The notes under the pieces were generated by a model. That model was not told the origin of the DNA and did not search any database. It saw nothing but the letters and a program-made list of their open reading frames with translations. Below, piece by piece: positions 24,901 through 35,129 of a stretch of DNA of 64,000 bases. The stretch lies in contig CM119372.1 in NCBI GenBank assembly GCA_051294905.1, forward strand, positions 7,440,001 through 7,504,000, written 5' to 3'. The stretch is from Botryllus schlosseri (taxonomy: Eukaryota). Each line of letters begins with the position of its first letter. The stretch's first letter is position 1. The translations under genes were made by a program, and so were the position numbers.

Positions 24901-27900
24901 TATTTCCAATAGTAAAATCTCAACAAGGAAACAGCGACTGAACTTTGATCTCTTACCAGGACCGTAACTGCCGCATCTCAAATCGTCCAATTGGGGGTCC
25001 CGAGCTCGAAGGGGGCCCGAAATTATGTCGGTGAATGAACATCAATTATTTATGCATCTCTTATTGACAATTTATGCAACTCTTTTCAATTTCTTTCGCG
25101 CTGGACGGGATTTCATGTAGCCAAATTTTTGATTATTGAGTACCCGTCCCCCACGAATAGAAGCATGATTTATAGAAAATAAAAATAGGCATTTCGACTT
25201 CGACCATTACCACGCCGAGGTGCACAAAAACATACGAAGTATTTGCCAATATTGTAATCTGAAAAGTGTGCCAATAGATCGCCTGCGAGAACTCCTTTGC
25301 CGAAAAGGATTGCTCTTATGTTGACCGTGAACTTCGAAATAAATATAAGCCTATCTAATTGTCCATAGCTGCCTAAATGGCTCGTGTCTAATTATTCTAT
25401 CGTGCCAATCTGAACTCCACAGGTCAAATAACATTTCTCAGATAAAAATTATTTGCAAGTGAAGAAATACCAATTTTTCGATAAAACCACCACAAACGTT
25501 TCTTGGATCTCGCATTGTTTCCCAATAAATTACGGCATGATTGGTGGATGTACGTAATATGGCCATTTTCTTAATTCTTCTGAAAAGTTGCGATCAGCGT
25601 TTCACAATCCAGTTTCAATGAATGATCAATTATAGTGTCCAAAGTAGGGTTGCATTTAAAAGAAACACTGTTGTATTAAAAAAAATTGTATTTTTTCAAG
25701 TTATAAAATTATGCCATAATTGTGTAAATACTCTCCAAAATCAAGTTGTATGATCGAGCATACGGACAATTACCACCCAATTTAGCCGACGTATATCGTT
25801 ATGGGATGGATGGAAGTTGGAACCCTCAAAATAGTCGTCCCCACAGTTGTAGTACAGATATTTCGTCAAAGAGGTTATATTTACCCTATATTTTCAATCC
25901 CTGACGTCACCATTGTATATTCGTGACGTCATGGTTTAAAAAACATAAAACATGTTTCAAATTAGATCCTTCTTTTAGTCATGTTTGTTTTTAATAGATT
26001 TTTGTTTTAAATGCAATTCTAGTCTAAAGGGTGTGTGGTACTATCACTCTCGCAGAAATATGCTCTAATGGGACACATTGAATCTCCAGTCCGATAGCCT
26101 TTTCTACATTTAACACAAATTGCTGTTTCTTTTTGACTAAGCACTATCTAAAAAAACAAGCAAGGTAAATGAGACGGACCATAGTAAATAAACAATAACA
26201 TAATGAAGTTATAACGAACAACGACAGCTCTACTTGCGCCCCCCCCCACATCCCCCTGTCCTGCTCACTCTTACTCCCTGAAACAGATATATAGTTATAT
26301 TGTTGTTTTCATTTACTCCTTTTTGCATCTATATCCTGCTTTTCTGTTGATAATTCATTAGTTTCTAGCATTTTGTTCATATTTTTATGTTAATTTTTCC
26401 CCAATTTCAATTTTTACCCCTTGGCACGTTTTTGGTCATAACTTTTTTTCCCAAGGTATCATTGAAAAGCTGGTAAAATTATCTTTCCAACGGTATATAA
26501 TACGTCTTTATAAGGATTTGTTCTAGGTTGACCCCATTTTCAGACCAAATTCTACAGGACTAATATCTACGTAGCAACTGGGGTGTTGGACTTTTCGCCG
26601 ATGAGAAGCCTGTGAAAGCATAATTTTGTACTTGGAAAGTGCTCTTTATCTGTTTAACGCCCTACGCTAGGGTGGAAATCGGCTAAATACACGACTTTCG
26701 TTTACTTCGATCTTCGCACTGTTTGACATATAGGCCTACCAGTGTTGGGATCAAGTCACTATTACCTTCGAGTCACGAGTCATTGCACATTTTGAATCGA
26801 GTCAAGTCTAGTCAAGTCAAGTCAAGTCACAATTCAAGTCAAATAGAATTTTCGAAGTATGAGTGATGATTCAAAGTCATTAAATATTGTTACTTGTGTA
26901 AAAGACAGATTAATTGGCCATTTATCTTGAATCAAACAACGAATATAGAGTAAAATACCCGAGTAACTGTCTGGCTGCATGCTACAGTCTGGTATTATCA
27001 GCCAAACTAGAGAATCGAACAAGAAGCCTCGAGAAGTTGATACAAATTGATATGGTAGAATACGCTACCCATCTACACATCCATGAGAATATAAACACAT
27101 GAATTATATATTCGTTAGATTCAAACTATGGAAGAGGGTTGGTTAAGTGCAGCACTGCGCAATGTAAGCACCGAGCCGTCTAAGAAACAAAGCTGAGTTG
27201 CTATTAGATTAATCCACTACTAGGCCTACTACGACAACGTAAGCTGCTGAGATCATTTCGTTTGCGGTCAATTTATTTGTGATGTGACAATCTATGTTCA
27301 CTGTTCAGTGAGAAGTAATCAGGGAATGGCCGGTTGCTCTCCCAAGTGACACCGACGAATCGCGAACAATCCTAACATACTTTAAGATCGGTGATTATTT
27401 AATCGATACTATGTGTACTTGATGGCTTGAATTTGACTTGTAAATTTTGATTCGAGTCACAAGTCAATCCACATTTTTGAAGGGCCGAATCAAGTCAAGT
27501 CAAGTCATTTTTGGAAAGTGACTCGAGTCAAGTCATACGAAAAAGTTGACTCGAGTCATACCAACACTGTCTTATACTTATACTACGAGTTCCAAACGAC
27601 CGGGTGCCTATCTGCATGCTGCATATATACCGGTATAGTCAACATCAGGTTTATTTCCATCATCTACCATAGGGGCTAGGAGTTATTCGTCGCGAGAATT
27701 AATCTTCACAATTTTTTAACAGCAGGATCAAAGTTTTTCAACACCCGTCCTGTCGTTTTTTCGAGTGATTACGATGACACTCGGGGAAATCAACTACACC
27801 AGCATGTTTCTCGCGCCATATGTTGACGGGGATGACAGCACACTTCATTATCCTATACTTACTCTCATACTCTTGATTTGTTTTATCGTCGTTATGCCAA

Positions 27901-29266
27901 TATTACTGATGAACTTGCTCATCGGTCTTGCTGTGGGTGACATCGCGGAGGTTCAGAGCAACGCTGAGTTACAACGGTTTGCCATGCAGGTGATACCTCC
28001 CGGCTCAAGTTATCGACACCAAATCGACAACCACATCCTTTTTATAGGTTCAATTGCACACAGAAATTGAAAATAAACTCTCCAAGCGAATGCTAAAAAT
28101 GGTTGATAAGGATGAGTTGGTCGTTTGGCCAAACCAAAGCTGTGGGCCAATACAAAAAGTCCTTGCTCTGGTTGGTATTAATTCTGTGTTTATTTTAGCC
28201 TGGTGTAGAAGCAATCCGGAAGATAGGGTGTGTCTAGTTGAATTATTCTGCTCGAGTGGTCGCATCACATCGGCAATCCGACTCAGTGCAACGTTCGGAG
28301 CATCGAATCGACACGATTCCCATGCGTAGAAGCTATATTTCTTATCATCGCATCACTTTACAGCGGGACTATCGGGAATAACTCGTGACTTTATGATATC
28401 ATAAGACATTGAATTTCTTCAGTTCACAGCGAAAGACGAATCCTTTCCCGAATCCGCCCAAACAATCTCCTCAACTGACCGAGGTATTAGCGAGCTACAC
28501 GCAGAGATTCAAAGACAGAAACAGAGGTCTGTTAAACAGGCCAGTGCCCCTAACATTCGTTATAGTTTAAAGTGATCGTGCGACGAATATGGACGTCTGC
28601 CTGGTGAGCTCATTGGCAATTCATATTTCATCAAGTCAATGACATTCCAGGGGTATATACTAGTCCACTAGTGTATATAGGGAGTTCAAGACATGCTAAA
28701 GCTAATAGCCAGCTACTTTGCGCCGCAAATAAGTGCGAATTTCAGAAATATATTGTTGCGGCGACAGCGGTTACGTAATACGTATTGTCAACTTTATATT
28801 ACAATTTCACTCTTAAAAAAGTTGTGCGAATTCCACACTAAAACTATTTTCTACGATAACTTAAGTATCCCAAATTGTATAAAACGTAGTCTTGTACTCC
28901 AGAAAAGTGGTACTTTAGTACTAGCCCATGCCACGGTAGCCCCTGTAATTTTAACATAAGCAGCCGCATAATCCTGTTGCGTTAGCCCACATACGCCACT
29001 ACAGTTATAATGAACACAACCCCTTCGAGTGTGCCAAAATAAGACTCATTTAAAACCGCAGGTTGAAGGACATGCAAGACACTCTCGGAAAACAGCACGA
29101 GCTCATGAGACTTATCGTGCAAAAGATGGAAATACGTTCCGAAGCAGATAACCAAGATGAAGGGTCGTCGCCTGATTATCAACGCCCCAAACGACGCAAA
29201 ACAGTTCCAGGCGGCGCCAGGGCCAAACTAGCAGCGGCAAATGCTTTCAGAGCTGCGATAAAGTGA
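13000..29266 (+). CDS. TRPA1: TRPA1-like ankyrin-repeat cation channel, paralog B (full length)
   Basis: In-frame exons: 13000(or 13036)-13141, 13206-13267, 13336-13501, 13727-13920, 15080-15258, 15317-15460, 15648-15815, 15881-16049, 16630-16749, 17217-17432, 17496-17596, 18379-18511, 18571-18729, 20103-20204, 20276-20356, 20423-20554, 20618-20688, 20763-20885, 21035-21158, 21766-21935, 21996-22125, 27723-27989, 28048-28170, 28423-28526, 29062-29266. Many ankyrin motifs (GESPIFWA, GRRPLHIAA, GCTPLHYAC, GMTPLHYAS) are followed by six TM segments, the pore TMTLGEINY and S6 LLMNLLIGLAVGDIAEV. The start codon is uncertain. Confidence 0.95.
14112..14916. mobile_element. hAT-type non-autonomous element rich in GACTCGAGTC/AGTCA subterminal motifs, copy 1
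   Basis: Ends CAATGTTGGCATT / TAATCCCAACACTG; TSD GCATATCA / GTATATCA (7/8); the body is shared with 26740-27569. Confidence 0.8.
17937..18348. mobile_element. hAT-type MITE (TAGGGTGACCA family), copy 2
   Basis: TIR TAGGGTGACCA / TGGTCACCCTA; TSD CACCTACA / CTCCTACA (7/8); homologous to 7024-7386. Confidence 0.85.
18756..18872. mobile_element. Internally deleted palindromic fragment of the foldback MITE family seen at 34489 and 54994
   Basis: CTGATTAAATTGTTAGG...CCTAACAATTTAATCAG inverted arms, with acgctgcacaccaaatttgg shared with the larger copies. Confidence 0.7.
22513..26562. mobile_element. About 4-kb DNA element with about 170-bp TIRs in the large TRPA1-B intron; superfamily unresolved
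   Basis: The left arm (tagtcctgtagaattt...ggtcaacctagaa...ttataaagacgtattatataccgttggaaagataatttta...ttatgaccaaaaacgtgcc) has its inverted match at about 26415-26562. Flanks fit a TA or ATA duplication. Confidence 0.75.
23377..24222 (-). mobile_element. Buster/Charlie-type hAT deletion derivative nested in 22513-26562
   Basis: TIRs CAGTGGTTCTCAACC / GGTTGAGAACCACTG; TSD AACTTGAG / AACTAGAG (7/8). The minus-strand ORF 23616-23798 contains YPNVSSEALCPIITFAATFLCLNGFSALVDMK, resembling the hAT dimerization motif. Confidence 0.85.
26740..27569. mobile_element. hAT-type non-autonomous element, copy 2 of the 14112 family
   Basis: Ends CAGTGTTGGGATC / ATACCAACACTG; shares gagggttggttaag..gcactg and tttgcggt.aatttatttgtgat with 14112-14916; no clean TSD. 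Confidence 0.75.
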
Positions 29267-29387
29267 CCTTTACCTAAAACCCCATTCCTACAAACCAAAT
29301 AAGTGTAACAAATATTGTAGTAGCAGTTTGTATTATGTGAGTCAATTTATTGACCTTTGTAAAAAAATAACTTGAATGATTGCATTT

Positions 29388-31174
29388 CTACGGAGGCAGT
29401 GATACACTTTTGGGAGGGATGTAACCAGGCAAACGGACAAGTTTAGGGGTCTTCTTCGGAGGCTGCCAGTCTTTAACGCCTCCTCTTGATCCAACAGGAT
29501 TTTTGACAACAGAATTTGCCATATTCTCATTGGTGCGTTGTCGCTTCCCGCCAGATGGTCTGCTGTGGGACGCAGAATAATGCCTTATTTGCGTTTGAGT
29601 TCTGGTTGGAGGAGGTCCGGCACGGGTTCCTATTTTTGTAGTACCCAAACATGCTCCCGATGGGACGGTCTTTGAGCTTCCAGCCGTGTCTACGTTGTCA
29701 GAACTTGGGGCACCTGAAATTTGTTCATTGCATATTAGGGTTACTCATGTGAAAGCAAAACTCAAGTCAGACAGACAGACAGTCACTTTTAGATGCTCTT
29801 TTTTGTTCCCGCGCTAGAAATTTGGTTCGCTGAATGACGCTTGCGCGACGATGTATCAATTTTTCTCTGGTGTCCTCGACAGTTTCGTATTCAGGGGCGT
29901 AGGAGACGTGAAGAGAGGAGCCAAAAAAGTACATCTCATCTCCATTCTTTTTGGCTTTTCTGAAATTAAATTGTGCCAGCAATGTATGTCGGAAATTGAA
30001 CATGCTTGGATAAAATGTGAGTGGCTATCAGGGAGGAGTTTCGCTAAATTTTCTCTTGAAGGAGTCAGAGTCACAGAAATTTTTGTAGCACCCCCTGAAG
30101 TTGTGGTTTCCCACATGATCTGAGCGTAAAACAAAAACTTTCATTTCCGAGAACTCCAATATAACATTCATACGACATATGTCCTCCACCACTACCACCA
30201 ATACCATTGTCTCGAATATTAAATACAATTCAATATGTTTATAATAATATTTCCCATGGACCTAGAATCGAGTTCATTGGGCAGAGTTCACTGGTAATCG
30301 GGGAAAAACATAGTGGCTTGAGTTGGAGCTATGACTCTTGACTACAATTACTTCAAAATAACACCAAATGTTACTAAAAAGTGCTGTTGTAGTTACAGAA
30401 ATTATCAATTTTTTCAAAAACTCAACAGTTGCAGTGCAATTTCCTGAAAAATACGGACAGATTTGAGATTTTATAAATAAGGGCAGTTAACTTGTAACAT
30501 CGCGATGTAATTTCAACAGCGGCCTTTCACGAACCATGAAGGGTTCATGGACGCTAGTTTTAGAACCTCCGATTTACAGGAATCTTGGAGTCAAAGTTCT
30601 ATGAAGAAAATATCAGAGTCGGAGCGTTTTAAGTTTCAGGAGTTGAAGTCGGTATGTTGAAAATGCTACATGCCATTACGAGCCAACTTGCCATTATCGC
30701 TAGTCTACTGGCAAAATCTGGTGCTAATTTGGTGATTGAAGTTCGTCCCAAATATGGATTACAGGATATAAAGGAACTTGTCATTATAGTGGAGAAAATA
30801 TTTACCTCGCAGACTGGATATCTTCGAACTTTAGAAGAAACATCTGAGTGAATTCTTCTTTAGGATAATCTAAAATCTCATCACACTGCACAACGGTGCC
30901 ATACTTGGAGAAAGCTTTCAGCAAGTCGTTAGCCAGTCCCGTCGCGTTGACATTGCTCACTATGATAAATTTTGATTCCGTGTTTATGGTGAATACCTGA
31001 ATTAATACAGTATAAGGTAAATGATAATTTGTCAATACTGTGCATAAAATAACAGGAATGGATAACCTTGACAGCAGTCTTGCGTCTCCCATTTCGGTAC
31101 GGTTTCCGTGTAAGGCAATATTCCAACTTTCTATGGTGGCCTGGTAGCTCTTTTTCCGAACTATCACAGCTCAT
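29388..31174 (-). CDS. RBM48: RNA-binding protein 48 (minor-spliceosome RRM protein)
   Basis: Exons 31174-31067, 30996-30806, 29959-29787, 29713-29388 join in frame. They encode HHRKLEYCLTRKPYRNGRRKTAVK|VFTINTESKFIIV...YPKEEFTQMFLLKFEDIQSAR|KAKKNGDEMYFFGSSLHVSYAPEYETVEDTREKL, matching the RBM48 N-terminus and RRM. Confidence 0.92.
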
Positions 31175-32014
31175 GAATCAGCTGTGCATGCTTCAAACAG
31201 TTCAAGCTATCTATCTAGGTTCCAGGTAAGAGAAATATCAATCGAACAGTTACATCTGGAAGTAAAGTAACGATGTTAAGGTGATCTTCAAAAAACTTGA
31301 TGAAACACTGTATCATGCTAAAATTATAGATGCAACCAAAAGAAATTGACAATTCTATACCAACCATACCATCTGTACGCATGAATTAACATCGTCTTGT
31401 TCACAGAATCACAGTCATATTTTAACATTATTCGAATACGAAAATGAAGAGAGAATAAGGCAGCTAGTATACATTTTCAACTTGATCAAGCATCTAACGA
31501 TGACATCATAAATTCAAGGCCGACAAAGACGTCAATTCTTTCAATTAATTTTTTGCCACTTCAAAATTGGCATCACATCGTGACGACACATAGTAATTTC
31601 ATTGTAAAAGTTTGTTGAATGAATGCTTTGAACGAAACACTATTTATACATGCATACAATAACCACTTGAGGAACTATTTTACAAAAATTGGTTTAAAAT
31701 GAAAGTTGGACAGTTTCACTATCGAGGCATAATCAACTTCCATATTTTAATGATAAAATGTTGAACATCTCAATAGAACACCAAATGAGTAACTACCCAA
31801 ACGGAATACAACTATGAATTTAAATCCTCAGTGGTTACAGGTTTGGTACTTTCAATATATAGACAATTGCTAATTGATGCACAATCATGTTAATATATTG
31901 AATTCTTAAAATCATATCCCCGACGCAAGCACCTGGCCTTCACGAATACATAGACAGGTATACGGCCACACACGATTATTGTAGTTAAGTCATCCGACAT
32001 CAATGATTGCGGGC

Positions 32015-32251
32015 TCAGTTTACACCCCACTTCAGCACATTTCCTGAATCAGGAGAGGATGATTTCTGAGCTTTCTCTAATTCTTCTTGACGTTTTTTCT
32101 TTCGTTCGATATTCTCTGGATTTTTTACACCCCTAGCTTTGGACTCCGCTTCTCTACGTTCTGCTGCATCTAGCATCCGTTGGCGTCGCTCTTCCGGATC
32201 AGGCGTAGAATCTTCTTGGTATTCGTCAAAACAGCATGAAAGTTGACCCAT
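32015..32251 (-). CDS. SVIP: Small VCP/p97-interacting protein, single coding exon
   Basis: 78-aa ORF MGQLSCCF...TPDPEERRQRMLDAAERREAESKARGV...LKWGVN, with N-terminal Gly/Cys lipidation motif, a VIM-like R-x5-AAERR segment and a W near the C-terminus as in SVIP. Confidence 0.88.
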   Translation of the reverse strand: MGQLSCCFDEYQEDSTPDPEERRQRMLDAAERREAESKARGVKNPENIERKKKRQEELEKAQKSSSPDSGNVLKWGVN

Positions 32252-32594
32252 CCTGATGCTACCGTCGATTAATATTCCAGAGTTCCAAATAGCACTTGGC
32301 TTGATCCGAGCGAAGAATCAATATTTTGTTCACAAAATATTGGAGAGGGTATAACAATGGCACGGTATCGGTATTCAAGTCAAATTAACTATAATACATG
32401 TCCAAATTTCAAGCATTTGTTTATACGAATACCATACCGGAAGAATTTTCGTGTGAACACCGATCAGTCATGTTGCCCACGACATCAATTATGAGTATAA
32501 CTGTGTAGGTGAGTGTCGCTACGAAGTTTCATGTTGCTCACCTCCGCAAACCTTTGCTGTGAATAGTAATCGTCAGTAACTGGTTTACTAGATT

Positions 32595-32628
32595 ACCCCT
32601 GACGAGTGTCAGCCGAAAATATTCGGGT
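32595..32628 (+). ncRNA. Minimal type-I hammerhead ribozyme motif, copy 1
   Basis: ACCC-CTGACGA-GTGTCAGCC-GAAA-ATAT-TC-GGGT: intact CUGANGA and GAAA cores, UUC cleavage triplet, stem I ACCC/GGGT, palindromic AATATT stem III. Activity is untested. Confidence 0.6.
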
Positions 32629-32758
32629 TCATTTCAATATGAATATACTAGGCCATTCAATTGTATTTCGAAGTTCTGTACCTCCAAGACCTTTGATTTG
32701 ATGTTATAACTTGATATTTAATATGTTGTTCGAAAGGAAATCCTGTTACTGTTTAGGC

Positions 32759-33120
32759 CAGTGGTTCCCAACCTTTTTCGACCCATCGCCCCCTTTTCAA
32801 GCTCAACACCGATCATCGCCCCTCAAATTTTGTGTACCGAAAATTGGGCATGCAACCTGTATGTAATCACTGGCGAAATGACTAAAAAAAAAAAGGTCAA
32901 CTTTACGACTCACAGCCTAATTTTACACACTTTTGTAACTAAATTTCCGTGGGTTGACTAAAAAAAAAAGGTCAGCTATTTTGACGCTTCATCTCCCCCT
33001 TCGCTATTTTTGCCCCCCGTCACCCCCCTTTGTCCATTTTCGCCCCCTTCGTCATTTTCGCCCCCCCTAGGACGCCATATCGCCCCCTGGGGGCGATATC
33101 GCCCACGTTGGGAACCACTG
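32759..33120. mobile_element. Buster/Charlie-type hAT MITE
   Basis: TIRs CAGTGGTTCCCAAC / GTTGGGAACCACTG; perfect TSD GTTTAGGC at 32751-32758 and 33121-33128. Confidence 0.93.
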
Positions 33121-33127
33121 GTTTAGG

Positions 33128-34410
33128 CAGAGGTGGTCAAAGTAGTCAAGAAAGCTACTCAAGTAGAAGTAGAAGTAGCGACGGAAAAATCTACTCAAGT
33201 ACGAGTAGAAGTACTTCTTCCATAAGGCACCTTAAACTACTTGAAGTAGAAGTAGAATTGACTGACTTTAAATCTACTCAAGTAAGTAAGTAGTTTTGAA
33301 AGTAGTCTTAATTTGTTCGCATGGACTGTCAAAAGCTGCAAATTGAGCTATGCGAAAGGTGCAGAGAGCTTGATTCGTATTGATGTATCCAAGGATGTAT
33401 CAATTTACGACGGAATAAGCATTCTTTCGCATCATGGGATGCAAATGACAGTATTGATAGGAAAATGCTATACTAACCGTATGTTTACTAGAAGACCTCG
33501 TTTTAGTGAATATCATGGCATGGCGCCCTACCCCATATTATTAGGCCCCAAGTTTAGGCGAAGAGCAATACAGAGAAGTTGCATCGGATACGGTTTCAAC
33601 ACTTTGCGCGATTAGTATACGTTAATAACAAATATTGTGGATCGTAAAATTTATATTTAGTGTAGCTTTAGTTTCGGAAAATAGAGGCATTACTTCACTT
33701 GCTTTTATGCTTCAACGTGTATGTTCTGCAGACAAAAGAACTGAAAGTAATTAGAAGTCAAAGTATGATACTCGGAATTGAAAGTGAATACAAATACCAC
33801 TTTTAAAAAGTGGAAGATGTATATTAATGTCTTTTGTCCATAAAGCTTCAAAGGTGATCTGCTAAAACAGGTGTAACGTTAAAAAAGCCGTATTTTACAG
33901 ACTAGCAGGACAAGTCATGGGCTGCTAGATTACGATATGATAGGTAATTGCAAAATTGCCAAACGGTAGTTTCAAACGTTATGGTGGGCCATATTTACTG
34001 TGATGAAATATTTGATATGGGCGACAATGCGATGTGAGCGGAACCAAGCAATCCGGTACCTAAATTATATTCACTGATACTTTCGTGAAAACATTCTTGT
34101 CACTCCATAACTAATGTGCGCGAAGCGCAACAAAATTTCTTGGTTTACCTAACTTTTATGAATATTAAATGGTGATACTCCGTGAAAACAGCCCCGAAAT
34201 TTCTCACGCTATCTTTCGTATTGGAGGATTAAACTACTTCTACTTGACAAACTGAAAATAGCGAAAAGTAAGTAAGTAGATCACAAAATATTACAAAGTA
34301 GAAGTAGAAGCAGCGAAAATAAGATCTACTTGAGTAAGTACCAGAAGTATAGAGGAAAACTACTTGAGTACTTCGAAAAAGTAGAAGTACTTCGTTACTG
34401 ACCACCTCTG
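33128..34410. mobile_element. 1.28-kb non-autonomous hAT element (CAGAGGTGGTC TIR), copy 1
   Basis: Ends CAGAGGTGGTCA / TGACCACCTCTG; TSD TGTTTAGG at 32750-32757 and 34411-34418; AGTAG/CTACT subterminal repeats; colinear with 39359-40644. Confidence 0.92.
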
Positions 34411-34488
34411 TGTTTAGGCTCATTGAAAATGTAATTTTTATGGTACAACGCAGCAGCATATATAAATTTCCTCTCTTTATGCACATTA

Positions 34489-35129
34489 AGGCTCTTCAAA
34501 AATGACTTTTTTTCCCAAATCGTACTGGCTACTTGATAAAATTGTTAGGTTACCTAATTCAAGCCTACACACCAAATTTGGTTCAATTCCAACCAGTAGC
34601 CGCATTGCTACAGGAGAAGAAAGTTTCTATTTATTATATAAAAATAGATAAAAAAAAATTTGAAAATTTTCTGTTCACCTCACGAAAGTGTTAGGCTGTC
34701 TATAGAAACGATCCTCACCAAATTTGGTTCAATTCCAACCAGTGGAAGCGGATTTATTGCGGTCGAAAAATTTGGATTTGAATAAAATAGTATTTACGGT
34801 GACCGATTCTTTGTTTATCTATTATAGTTGTGCTCACCATAAATACTATTTTATTCAAATCTGAATTTTTCGACAGCAATAAATCCGCTTCCACTGGTTG
34901 GAATTGAACCAAATTTGGTGAGGATCGTTTCTATAGACAGCCTAACACTTTCATGGGGTGAACATAAAATTTTCAAATTTTCTATAAATAAAAACTTTCT
35001 TCTCCTGTAGCAAAGCGGTTACTGGCTGGAATTGAACCAAATTTTGTTGTGTAGGCTCAAATTAGGTAACCTAACAATTTTATCAAGTAGCCAGTACGAT
35101 TTGAGAAAAAAGTCATTTTTGAAGAGCCC
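34489..35129. mobile_element. Foldback-type MITE, nearly fully palindromic
   Basis: (A/G)GGCTCTTCAAAAATGACTTTTTT at the left end is the inverse of AAAAAAGTCATTTTTGAAGAGCCC at the right end. The two halves are reverse complements up to a centre near 34810. TA on both flanks. Confidence 0.9.

Noticed and set aside
25300-25620. Possible degenerate Cys/His transposase-like coding remnant (minus strand HQSCRN ... CYLTCG) inside the 4-kb TIR element
   Set aside because: It needs frameshifts and stops and the motif is too short to assign by eye; a profile search would be required.
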